Shown here: piece after piece, positions 25,702-37,232 of the stretch | Numbering within the stretch: the stretch's first letter is position 1 | How the letters are laid out: every line of letters starts with the position of its first letter | NCBI GenBank assembly: GCA_040143965.1 | Contig: JASJQH010000015.1 | Location: forward strand, 1 to 51,651 | Direction: 5' to 3' | From: Basidiobolus ranarum | Lineage: Eukaryota | Length of the DNA: 51,651 bases | Notes under the pieces: generated by a model | Databases searched by the model: none | Seen by the model: only the letters and a program-made list of their open reading frames with translations | Told to the model about the DNA's origin: nothing | Translations under genes and position numbers: made by a program

Positions 25702-26304
25702 ATGAGCACTACCGCCAAACCAAGTACCAAACCCAGTACTAATACTTCAGTACCAACTCTTACTGCTCAAAAACCTGGTAGTCAACCTACCAAAAATTTT
25801 AAAGCTCCCGCATCTATTTCAAACGCTGGAGGTTGTCCCTGTTGTTCTTTACAATGTGGTTTCTGTGGTAAGTGAATTCATCCATTGAAATAACCTAAAG
25901 AGACTCACCCATTCTAACTTTTCTTCAAAAAAAATAAAGGTAACAAAAACTCGAAAATTCTTCATACTCCTCAATGTTCTCATTTCAGTACCAAGACCGC
26001 CAGTTCCATCAACATCAGCCCTAATAATCAAGTATGCTTTACCACCATGGCTGAAGCTATGAGAGCTGGTTACCGTCAATGTGGTACTGGTGATAGTAAA
26101 GGAAAGAGTTTTACTTCTCAACCATCCGGTGGTAACAAGCCTCATGTTAACACGAAACCTAACCATAACACCAAAACAACCTCCACCGTGAAACCACTTA
26201 CTGGTACGGCACCAAAATCTTCAGTCAAACCTTTGACTGGTAATTCATCAAGTTCCTCTGTTAAACCTTTGACTGGTGCCCCGCCTGCTTCCTCCAGCAA
26301 ATAA
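25702..26304 (+). CDS. 176-aa protein with a Cys cluster, an Ada-like metal-binding domain and three VKPLTG repeats; exons 25702-25867 and 25940-26304
   Basis: GTAAGT donor, CTAAC branch and AAG acceptor join ...GCPCCSLQCGFC to GNKNSKILHTPQC...NNQVCFTTMAEAMRAGYRQC in frame with ORF 26047-26304. Confidence 0.8.
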
Positions 26305-26805
26305 ACCCCTCATACGACTTAAGCATCATTTAGTACATGATAGTCACCACATACCATTGCATATCATGGCTCACCTTTAGTTCTCTTTAATACATTTCTA
26401 CATCTAGATGGAGAATCTACAAATAAAAGTCACGTGGGCTCAATCAACCTTCACATTAGTTTAATTCACTAACATTTTCATTAGTTGCTTTACAGTACAT
26501 CACACACGGTAGATATTTCTTGAATGATTTATTAAGTTTCTAAACGGCATGATGCGACCTACTACTAGCAGGAATAAATAGAAGAGGAGCTAGTGAATGA
26601 AATGAAAAGAAATCGATATTACAAATGAAGTCCAAAAAATAGGGAAGACGTTCGACCAATGAGATATGAATTTGTGGGATGAGTGATAGATGTTACTATG
26701 ACTCTCAAACTATTCCAAAACTGTACATTATGACCACGTCAAGTGAATTCCTACATGATCACTTCTCCTCGTTCAACAAGAAATCCCTCACGTCAATTCT
26801 TATTC

Positions 26806-28209
26806 TTATAACCGACCAGTTTTGCGTAGCTTTACCGTTCGCATTTCTTCTAGCAGCAATGCCATATGATCATTTTGTCCCCTTTCCCCATGTCCCTGCA
26901 TAAAATCTTTAGTAAACGAGTATATCGGAAGAGAGAGTAAAGCAACTTACCTGTCTCAACATTCCATCGGATGTTTTAAGCTTGATATTGATGGTGTTGG
27001 GATCGAATAAGAACATAGGTGGTGGTGGAGGAGGGGGTGGTGGCGGAGGTGGCGCACCATATCTAGTTGACAAAGATGATGATGACGATGATGCTGAACT
27101 TGATAGATCTCGAGCCTTTTCATTTAACACCTGTCGCAAAGAATCCACCTAAAAGAATAGTAATCATGTCAATAATAGACGAGATAAAAACGACATTGTA
27201 TGATAACTTTACCTGTTCTTTAAGTGACTGTAGCTCTTCCTCTAACTTGGCTATTTTTCCAGCTTTACTTGGAGTATATAGCATTTCACTATTATGCAGC
27301 TGATTTAATCTTCTCCGTTTAACCCAATCCGGTGAATCCATTGCTAGTTGCTTAGGTGGAGGTGAGTAGAATGACAGGTCCAAACCAAGTGAGGGACTGA
27401 GCGACTCATGTCTATTCGAAGGATTTCTTATAGCAAGAGGACTTTGGTAGATATGAATATCATCGGTGGTATTGGACGCAGTATCGTTATCGATAAGCGC
27501 AGGAACATCATCAAAGTTAAGGATGGGTGAAGGTTCACGAACTCTTCTTCTCTTACGTGAGCTTGGACGACAACAATCAGCTTTGACTGGAATAACTACG
27601 ACTGGCTCAGTAGCATGCTTTGGTGAATATTGTGGTGTAGTACTACCAGGAGGGAAGCTACTTGGTGTAGTGTTATGATCATCGGCTAGTAGTTCAGCCA
27701 AATATTTATCTTCCAATATTCCTTTTGAACAATGAAGTCAATAAGCAACGATATAAAGATGGATGAATTTCATAGGTACTATTTACCTTTAGGGGAATTG
27801 GTTTTTGAAGGAGAGTGATCAGGACTTTTCTGACGAGACGACTGATGCGTGCGTGAAGGTCGCTTTCTAGTTTTAGAGGTAGGAGTAGCAAATTTTCTAG
27901 AACTCTTAGTTGATCGGTCTTTACGCTGTCTACTACGAGTTTCGGAGCGCCCAAGAGGTTTCGAGGGAGTTTGTGTAGTTAAAGTCTAAAAGGAAATTGA
28001 TAAGTATATTCTTTTGATAAGAAAGTATAACAAAAGCGTACCGTAGGGACATAGAGCATACTAGAAATGGAAGAACACAGATCAGTGAATTCTTTGGAGG
28101 CTCTACCAAATAAAGAACCAAAAAAGCTAGTTCTTTTGGAAGGCGGAGTAACTGAGCCTAAAGTGTCGGCTGGACGCTTCCTTGTGGGAGTCGAAGCAAT
28201 AATAGTCAT
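26806..28209 (-). CDS. Low-complexity protein with coiled coil, poly-Pro tract and C-terminal WH2-like/MTFR1-like helix, multi-exon
   Basis: Spliced C-terminus KIAKLEEELQSLKEQVDSLRQ...GA(P)12MFLFD...HMALLLEEMRTVKLRKTGRL*; canonical introns link the ORFs at 27979, 27120 and 26909. Confidence 0.7.
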
Positions 28210-28973
28210 GCTTCGTTTGTTTGGTTTTTTTTTGGAAAGTTGATGCTTTTGGTTTTATAATAGTTCGGATATTGACACTATACTAAGTTGAGAGAATATC
28301 TGCGACTCGATAAATGATGCAAAATAGACGTGTGGAGGAGTCGAATATTGAGCAAGTGACGTTGAATAGAAACCAGTATATATATATATTAACTAAAAAG
28401 CACTCCAAAAATTTGAAAGAAAAAAGTCAAAGAGGAAGCGAAGGATTAAAGGGGATAGAGGTAATGAAGAAACAAAAGAGCGCGACCTAGGAAACGGGTG
28501 ACCAATGTGGCAAACCCTGGGGAGAAATGGATCAAATGTAAACAAACAGGGACCAGTTTCAACTTAAAAGCTATTTTAAATGACTGCTTTTGATATTTAG
28601 ATTTACATTTCCTTTACTTATATATATTTGGATCCCTTTACTGGGCCGTATTTATTTGGATCCGACTTGGAGCTGAAACTGATTTCATTTATATTTAGTC
28701 TAGAATAGAATGCATAATGTTCAGACAATTAGCTGATTTCCTTGACATTGTTTCGCCAATTGATCCATGTTACCACCGAAGAATGTTGCTCTGCCACAAT
28801 GAATGTCACATATGTTGCCAGGTATAACATGGTTGTCTTCGCATAGAGTCCCTTCTAGAATCTGTCTATCTCTACTTGCATGTATGTTCAATAAATATTA
28901 GCTATGCAATGGTCAATAATTACTAGCTATGACAAATAAATATTAGGTCAATAGCGTTGCTGATGGAAATCTC

Positions 28974-29093
28974 TACCATTCCTGCTCCTCATCCAGAGAA
29001 CATTAAAGAATCCATACCACGCCGCTCCTCATCTATAGACCATTAAGGAATGCATACCACGCTACTCCTCATTTACAGACCATTAAGGAATGC
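28974..29093. repeat. Tandem repeat, three diverged copies of a 40-bp unit
   Basis: Consensus ATACCACGCYRCTCCTCATYTAYAGACCATTAAGGAATGC; CATTAA recurs at 29001, 29041 and 29081. Confidence 0.88.
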
Positions 29094-29480
29094 GAAGAGC
29101 AAAGAAAGCTGGCTAGACATAAGTGCGTCTTGTAATTGATGTGACGGTCAATGTACATATATATGTAAACCACGTATGTGTTGGCTAAATGAACAAAATC
29201 AGTGACACATGAGTGGCATCGTTCAAGTATTCCGCCTCAAGTCAAATATCTAGAAAATCATTTCAAAAGTAAAATATTTTCAAATATGACTTGCCATTTC
29301 TGATCATGCATCATAGAACCAATCATTTCTTCCGATGGATGATTTCTTGTAGTCTCACTGGTGCCATTGCGGACCTAAAAATTTTTTGCTAAAAAAAGAA
29401 AACCTTGATAAATTCATTTTGAACAGGTGGTGAGCTTATTATACCTTTCACTTGTCACTTATAGTCAATCGAGGGTAATC

Positions 29481-31466
29481 ATGTTCAAGTCAGCTCGTTG
29501 TATTAGTGTGCTCCGTTCCCCCTTAACTAGAACCATCGCCTCAACCAAGGCCTTGGTTCACCGTCCCATTCTTTCTGCCGCTATTGGAGCTCGTTCCTTG
29601 AATGCACCATTAATTATCCGTGCTTCTTCCACCCAAACTATTGCTAAGCACTTGGCTGACCTTAATGTGAACAACAACGAAAGCTTTTCACCTGAGGCTG
29701 AAACTCTTGCTACCAAGGTCGAGGAAGCAGCTCCTGGTAAGTTTGCCGATATGACCATGGCTCCCCAGACCAAGCGTGCCCTCAAAGATGTCTTCAAGTA
29801 TGAAACTATGTCTAAAGTTCAAGATGCCGTTTTAAGTAAACTCCCTATCACTGAGGACGTTTTCGTCAAGGCCAAAACTGGTACCGGAAAGACTCTTGCT
29901 TTCCTGATTCCAGCAATCGAAACTGCTTTACGTAGTAACGATGTTAAGGATCTTAAGGCAGGAAAGCGCGTTTCTGTCTTCATCATGTCTCCTACTAGAG
30001 AGTTGGCCCTACAAATCGCCGAGGAAGCTGAGAAGATTCTTAGCTTTTATCCTTTCCAAGCTCATTGTTTCGTCGGTGGTACCAGCAAGGGTTTAAACAA
30101 GAAGATCATCGCTACTAGAAGAGTTGATTTCATTATCGCTACTCCTGGAAGAGCTCTTGATCTCCTCAACGATAACGCTATTTTCCAAAAGCAAGTTGAA
30201 GGAACTAAACTTGTTATTCTTGATGAAGCTGATCAATTGTTGGAGATGGGATTCCGTGATACCATCACTGATATTCTCGAGCGATTCCCTAAAGAAAGAC
30301 AAACTTTCATGTTCTCAGCCACCGTTTCTCCTCAAATTCGTAAAATCGTGCAGTTGGCCCTTAGACCTGACCATATCTTCCTCGATACCGTTGACCCCAA
30401 CGATGTCAGCACCAATTTGAAAGTCAAGCAATCCTACGTTGTCGCTCCTTTGACCTCTCAATTACACTATCTTAGATCTATCCTTGAAAAGCACCGTGAG
30501 ACTCAAGCCCACGGTGGTAAAATAATTGTATTCTGCCCTACTACTCGTACCACTGCATTGTTCGCTTCTGCTTTCGAAGCTATGGGATATCCTATTTTCG
30601 AGCTTCACTCTCGTTTGGATCAAAGCAAACGTATCAAGATTGCTCAACGCTTCAAGAAGGCTAGCGAGGGTATTCTCTTCACTTCCGATGTTTCAGCTCG
30701 TGGAGTTGATTATCCTGGTGTCTCCCTCGTAGTCCAAGCCGGTACTCCCTCTTCTCGCGAACAATATATTCATCGTGTAGGCCGTACTGGTCGTGCTGGA
30801 AAGGAAGGTGAAGGTGTGTTGCTCATAGCACCCTATGAAACCAACTTCCTCAAGGGAGTCAGTGACCTTCCCATAGAGAAGAGCTCTGCATTCACTGCTC
30901 TTGCCGAGGCTCCTGAAACCGACAAGACCGTTAATAAGGCTTTGAAGATCGTTGACCCTGTCTTGATTGAAGATAGTTATCGTGCCCATTTGGGTTATTT
31001 GACCAGTCGTGCTCAAGACTTACACTTCCCCAAGCCTGAGACTCTTCTTATCGCCAACGACTACTACAAGGGCTTTGGTGTTGAACAACCCCCACATGTC
31101 AGTGACTCATTCCTCAGCAAATTGGGTCTTCTCGGTAAGGGTGGCAAATTCGCCAATAAGAAAAGTGGTCACTTCGGTGGTTCCTTCCGTTCCAGAGATG
31201 ACCGTCTCGTTGCCGATCGTTATTCAAGCGGAAACGGATTTGATCGCGACAACTCCTCATATCGTAGATCCTCATCAAGTGAAGGTGGCCGCGGAAATGG
31301 TTTCCAACGTAGATCTTCCTTTTCAGAGCAAGGCGGTAGAAACAACTTCCAACGTAGATCATCTAATGAACAAAGCTATGGAGGTGATCGCAAGTTCAGA
31401 CCTTCTCGCGAACACGAAGCTGACCGCTTAGATCGTCAGCGTCAAGGGGCTCGTGATCGTTTCTAA
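29481..31466 (+). CDS. MSS116: Mitochondrial DEAD-box RNA helicase (Mss116/CYT-19 type), intronless CDS
   Basis: Mitochondrial presequence MFKSARCISVLRSPLTR; AKTGTGKT, PTRELA, DEAD, SAT, SARGVDYPGV, HRVGRTGRAG; basic R/G-rich tail. Confidence 0.85.
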   Translation: MFKSARCISVLRSPLTRTIASTKALVHRPILSAAIGARSLNAPLIIRASSTQTIAKHLADLNVNNNESFSPEAETLATKVEEAAPGKFADMTMAPQTKRALKDVFKYETMSKVQDAVLSKLPITEDVFVKAKTGTGKTLAFLIPAIETALRSNDVKDLKAGKRVSVFIMSPTRELALQIAEEAEKILSFYPFQAHCFVGGTSKGLNKKIIATRRVDFIIATPGRALDLLNDNAIFQKQVEGTKLVILDEADQLLEMGFRDTITDILERFPKERQTFMFSATVSPQIRKIVQLALRPDHIFLDTVDPNDVSTNLKVKQSYVVAPLTSQLHYLRSILEKHRETQAHGGKIIVFCPTTRTTALFASAFEAMGYPIFELHSRLDQSKRIKIAQRFKKASEGILFTSDVSARGVDYPGVSLVVQAGTPSSREQYIHRVGRTGRAGKEGEGVLLIAPYETNFLKGVSDLPIEKSSAFTALAEAPETDKTVNKALKIVDPVLIEDSYRAHLGYLTSRAQDLHFPKPETLLIANDYYKGFGVEQPPHVSDSFLSKLGLLGKGGKFANKKSGHFGGSFRSRDDRLVADRYSSGNGFDRDNSSYRRSSSSEGGRGNGFQRRSSFSEQGGRNNFQRRSSNEQSYGGDRKFRPSREHEADRLDRQRQGARDRF

Positions 31467-31792
31467 ATACATAGACCTCTTGAGAGTTGATTTAATTTTT
31501 TGTTTGTTTATTTGTGTACGGTCTCGTACGTTGGGCTCTTTCTTTAGATTATAGTATAACCTATCAACATAGCATTTTATATCAGTAATTGATCGAAATT
31601 ATCTCCGAATTCTTCACTCACACTAGCTACATCATACACATCCTTTTTTGCCCGGGTTTTCTCTACATATTCGCATTTACCGCCCTCTTGGTTTGTCCGT
31701 CTGTTCTGCAAGGATACTTGTTCATTTCGCATATCATGTCAGAGATTCACTTGGACAAAATAAAATAGAAGCATTTATTATATATTATTAGT

Positions 31793-34750
31793 TCAGTTTT
31801 TGGTTCTATCTGAGTATTTATCATTGTCTATCGTGACTTCAGCCAACTCCTGTGACTTCCACATGGATTGGTAGAGTCCATGGCCGACGTTGTTACGAGT
31901 CAGATCATAGTGGGATCCTTGTTCGGCGACTGCACCGTCTTTCAGTACTATGATGGTATCTAAATATCAAGGGTTAAGCTAGGTCATGATGTCAAGTTTT
32001 GGAGAAGAAAACTAACCAGCATCACTGATGGTTCTTAAACGATGTGCGATGAAAAGACTGGTGTGATTATCTTTGCGAAGTAAGGAGCGAACCGACTCCA
32101 GAATGGACTGTTCAGTATGAGTATCCAATGCAGAAGTGGCTTCATCAAACATAAGAATCGGTGGGTTCTTTAGGATAGTTCTAGAAAGTGCTACTCTTTG
32201 TTTCTCGCCACCTAGACAAATCAGTGTTAGGAGGGTTGCTGTTCTAATGGAATCTTGACGACATACCTGACAGCATCAATCCTCGTTCACCCACTTTCGT
32301 CTCATACTGATTCGGGAATCGCATAATCACATCATGAATTTGCGCTCTTTTAGCTGCTTCATAAACTTGTTCCCTAGGGGCATTTATGTTGCCATAAGCG
32401 ATATTATGGAAAATCGTGTCGTTAAATAGGGCAGTGTCCTACATGATTTTAGGATTAGTATTGCATTCATTAAGAGATATTGATCTTTCCATGCGTACTT
32501 GTGGAACAACGCCGATGTGTGCTCTTAGACTATCCAATGAAACATCCTTGATGTTTTGTCCATCGATGTAAATATCCCCAGATTGAGGATCATAAAAGCG
32601 GAATAAAAGGCGGAGGATAGTGGATTTGCTGATAATTACGTTTAGAACACGGTAATTACCGAGTTGAATGGTTTGATAGTGAATACTAACCCACAACCGC
32701 TTGGTCCTACAATAGCCACTTTTTCTCCTTTGGGAATGGTAAAGCTGACACCCTTGAGAATGGGATTGTGGGGTTGATACCCAAAAACCACATTTTCAAA
32801 GCGGATCTCCCCACCTTTGAGTACTAGAGGAGGAGCATTGGGAGTATCCTATTATTTTAAGCTCATTAGTATGATGCTACGTGATTGAAAATGTCAAATG
32901 GGATGTAACCTTAATTTTCATGTCGACTGACTGAAGATTGAATAGAGCATCCATGTCGATCAAAGCCTGTCTCATTTCACGATAAACAGAGCCGAGGAAA
33001 TTGAGAGGCAGCGACAGTTGAAAAACAAGTCCATTGACCAAGACCACATCACCGACCGTTAAAGTGCCTAGGTTGCGTTATGGTTAATATTGGCTTCTAA
33101 AGCGATAAAGAAGTATTGATAAATGGTACCTTCAACCACACCCTGAGCAGCAAGCCACATCATAGCGGTCAAAGCCGCACTGAACACCAAATTTTGACCG
33201 GCATTTAGTAAGGCCAGACTGCTGGCCACTTTCAAAGCAGATTGCTCGTATTTAGCGAGAGATTGATCGTAGCGATTAAGCTCGTATTTCTCATTATTAA
33301 AGTACTGATATTGATTTGTTCGTTAAGTGTGCTAGTTCTGTAGTAATATTGTACCATGCTTACCTTGACAGCTTCGTAATTGATTAAAGAGTCAACGACA
33401 CGGGTTGCCGCCTCATTATCAGCAGCATTCATGCGTTTACGGAACTGTGTTCTTAATTTAAGAGAGGATGAGTACGGTAACATATGGATGATTTTATATT
33501 AGTTACCTCCAAGATGTGATTCCAACGGTGAGGGCAGTGTATGCAGCCATAGTACCAAGAGTGACAACGGCAAAGGAGGTGCCATATTTAGTTACCTATC
33601 GTTCATGGTAAGTGTGAGTATTCGATCCATAATAACGACAATATACCCGGTCAAAGCTTACCAAAATACCGCAGACAATGGCGATTTCTACTGCAGTAGG
33701 AACGATGTGAATTACTACTGAGGAAAGGAGAAAACTGATACCTCTATAATGGCAAATTGTATTAGCTTGCGGTTAACAATATAAGTAAGATTGTTTATAA
33801 ACTTACTTAGTTCCTCTATCTATAGCTCTGCTTAGACCACCTGTTTGTCGAGACAAGTGGAAGCTTAAGTCCAAATTATGCAAGTGTGTAAAGGTATTAG
33901 CGGCAACACGTCTGATCGCTTTCTGTGAAACACTAGCAAAGATTGCATTACGCAATTCCTGAAACAACGATGAACCGAGTCTGGCCGCACCATCTATAAT
34001 ATATATCTACACCTTTAGTCATTGTCCAACACAAACTAGGGAATACTGTACTTACATCCAATTAACATGGCCCCGGCAATTGTGAATACTGTGCCTCCCG
34101 CAGTAATGTCAACATTGAGAGAGTCCACAATATCTTTGAAGAACATTGGCACTTGAACATTGAGAATCTTCCCAGCAATTAAAAGTACGAGTGCGCTTAC
34201 TACTCTAATTTTGACAGCTTTATCCCCCTTAGGCCACACATATCTCATCATTTGTTTGACTATTTGCCAATCGGTGGAGTTACGAGTTGCATTAGCGGAG
34301 AGTTTTTTACTCTGTGGCTTGGTAGCTTCGGTTAATACAGTGGATTTCGTTTTAGTAGAAAAATTCCTTGAATTTATAGATATTGTGCCTTTTGCCTATT
34401 GGAGTGAAGTTCGCAGCGGAAAGATTTAATATATGTTCGAGAAAAAGGTACTAAAATTTAGGAAACTATACTTCTAATTTCAATAATTTGTTGCTATATA
34501 TTTGAGAGTTTGTGCAAGGCTTATAGTTCAAGGACCCGCTTACTATACGCTTTTTTGAGAGCTACACCAAAGAATAAGTCTAAGTTAGTATTCTGCGATA
34601 TAGTCTTCGATAAAGCAAACCAGGAGAATACTCGAAACATACTGTGGTAAATTGTGAACGAGCACATAGACTCTGACCCCTCGAGAGAAGCAAAAAGCTT
34701 CTTGAAGTTGGAAATAGTCTGGGAACTGACAAGAGTTGACGGAACGCCAT
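31793..34750 (-). CDS. ATM1: Mitochondrial ABC half-transporter Atm1/ABCB7, multi-exon
   Basis: Presequence [60 protein letters not shown], Walker [26 protein letters not shown]. Confidence 0.95.
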
Positions 34751-35248
34751 TTAGAAGTCCAACACCAGTGACAAGTATAAGCCAAGGGTGTCGCTCATTT
34801 TTCAATAGAAATTAAAAATTCATACTCACAGCTTTTGCGGTAAATTTGTTTGCATCATTTCACCTAGTTTTGAGTCATTTCATCTCTTATGACTTGCCGT
34901 GCCATTCCTAAATATTTCAATTGAGATTGGTACAGTAATGATATTTATATGATTACTAATCATCTCCATAATCTACTGTAATGCTGACATAAAGAATTCA
35001 AGTTAAGAAGCATATCAAATCACTACTTGTAGTATAGATATGTTGGGGATTCAAAAGTGGATAGGATATTAAGCAATGTGGCTTCAATTTTGATTAAATT
35101 ATCCATTATTTTCAGTCTAAAATCAAATAGTAACCATCTCGACAAAAAAAGTGTTTATCAAGCATATGATAAAATACATGGTTTGTTGGTGAACATTGAT
35201 GGTATTATTCCTAGATATTCTATTATTCTTACCTGAGTGTTGAATAAC

Positions 35249-36927
35249 ATGTCAAACGACAAAGAGTTTTCTTCTCCCATCAAAGCTAAAGAGTCTCTAC
35301 CAGGTAAAGGTAAAGAGGGACATCAAAAGAATGACGATGCTTCTGCCAGAAAATCTCAAAAGGATATGAGCAAAGCCGAACGCCGAGCTTTACAGGTTAA
35401 TATGTTATTACGTGTTACTAGAGGAATCTCAATTTAATCCCAGTTTAAAATAGGAAAAACAACGTGCAGAAAAAGAAGCCATGAAGCAATCAGCTGCTGG
35501 TACTAGCCAAAAATCAAAGAGTAGCTCCACTAAACCCGCAGTTGCTGTCGTTCCTCCTTCAAAAACTATATCTGTCAGCTCAAAAGAAGACAAAAGACCC
35601 AAACAACTAGGTTTATTTGCTCATTTAGAAGAATCCACAGGTCCCTTAAAAGGACCAGCTCCCAAAGATTTACATCCTGCTATTATGATACTCGGACTCA
35701 AATTCTCTGAATTCCAAATATCTGGCTCTAATGCTAGAGCTGTGGCGACTTTAAATGCATTCAAAAAAGTATGGTAGATTTAAATATTTGGATTTGTAAG
35801 TAATCAAAGCTGATGTTTTGGTTTTAGGTAATTCAAGATTACCAGACTCCACCTCATACTACCCTTACTAGAAATCTCCAACATTACCTGAACCCTCAAA
35901 TTGCTTACTTGGTTAGCATGCGTCCTTTATCTGTTAGCATGGGTAATGCGATCCGTTATTTGAAGTACGAGATTTCTATCCTGAGCATCGATTTACCTGA
36001 CGAAGATGTATGTTTACATACTTTATTTGAATACATCCAATAGAAGTAACCATGTAATAACCTTTACTTGTACACACTATAGGCTAAATCCCTTTTAGTT
36101 GAGCGAATCGACCAGTTCATCCGTGACAGAATCACTGTTGCTGACAAGATGATTATTGACTTTGGTCTTCAAAAAATCCAAGACGACGATGTTATTTTGG
36201 TTTATGCTTGGTAAGTTTACTTTCCTAGTTGTTTTCGTGAAAGCGTATGCTCAAGTATTCTTTCTAGCTCGTCAATCATTCAAAATCTACTTATTGAAGC
36301 CCATGCAAAGGGCATATCTTTCCGGGTGATTGTTGTTGATTCTCGCCCCAAATTTGAGGGAATCACTTTAATGAAGAGACTTGTCCAAGCTGGAATCAAG
36401 TGTACATATGTTTTGATCAATGCAATTGGTTTTGTAATCAAAGAGGTGTCTAAAGTATTTTTGGGTGCCCACGGTATGTTTTCTAATGGGGCTCTACTCT
36501 CGCGTGCTGGTACCGCCATTGTTGCCATGATGGCCAGCCATCAAAAGATTCCAGTCATTGTTTGTTGTGAGACCTATAAATTCTCAGATCGTGTACAATT
36601 GGATTCATTTGTGTATAACGAAATCGGTAGTATTGAAGAGGTTGCTTCAACGAACCGTCCTTCCGCAACTTCTAATGGCAAACCACCAAGAGATCAGAAT
36701 TCGATTCTTGCCGACTGGAAAAGTATTCCTGACTTGAGGTTATTGAACCTTATTTATGATTTAACACCTTCCGAGTTTATCACTGTTGTTATTTCAGAAG
36801 TTGGAATGATTCCTTGTACTAGTGTTCCAGTCGTTTTGCGTGAATACAGGTATTAATCATATTTCTTCCATTTCACCTAACAATAACTTACTAATCTCTA
36901 TCTATTGCTAGGCCTATGGTACAATAA
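35249..36927 (+). CDS. GCD2: Translation initiation factor eIF2B delta subunit, multi-exon (stop at 36927 if the last intron is spliced, otherwise 36856)
   Basis: MSKAERRALQE, LHPAI..LGL, GSNARA, RPLSVSMGNAIR, VVDSRPKFEG, CCETYKFSDRVQLDS, IPCTSVPVVLRE. Confidence 0.93.
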
Positions 36928-37232
36928 ACACTTATTCCTCTATGTATTATTTCGTCAATACCGCTAAATTTGTTGAATGTATTGTTAGTGGGAGGTACCA
37001 CTCTTTAATATTTAGAAATAAAAATATTCACATTCGAAAAATCCATCCCAATTTTGGTTCATCAATTTATTCAAATCGAGGATCAATGCAAAGACAAGTC
37101 ACAAAATTAAATAAATGAGGTTCTTCATAATATGCGCATACAGACTGTTTAAATACATATCAAGATTTCAATATAAAAGCCTATGTTATTTATTGAACAT
37201 CTGTAGACTTCAACCGTGAACTGACATAAGAA

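Noticed and set aside
28974-29093. CRISPR-like array
   Set aside because: Units are contiguous with no unique spacers, there are no cas genes and the context is eukaryotic.
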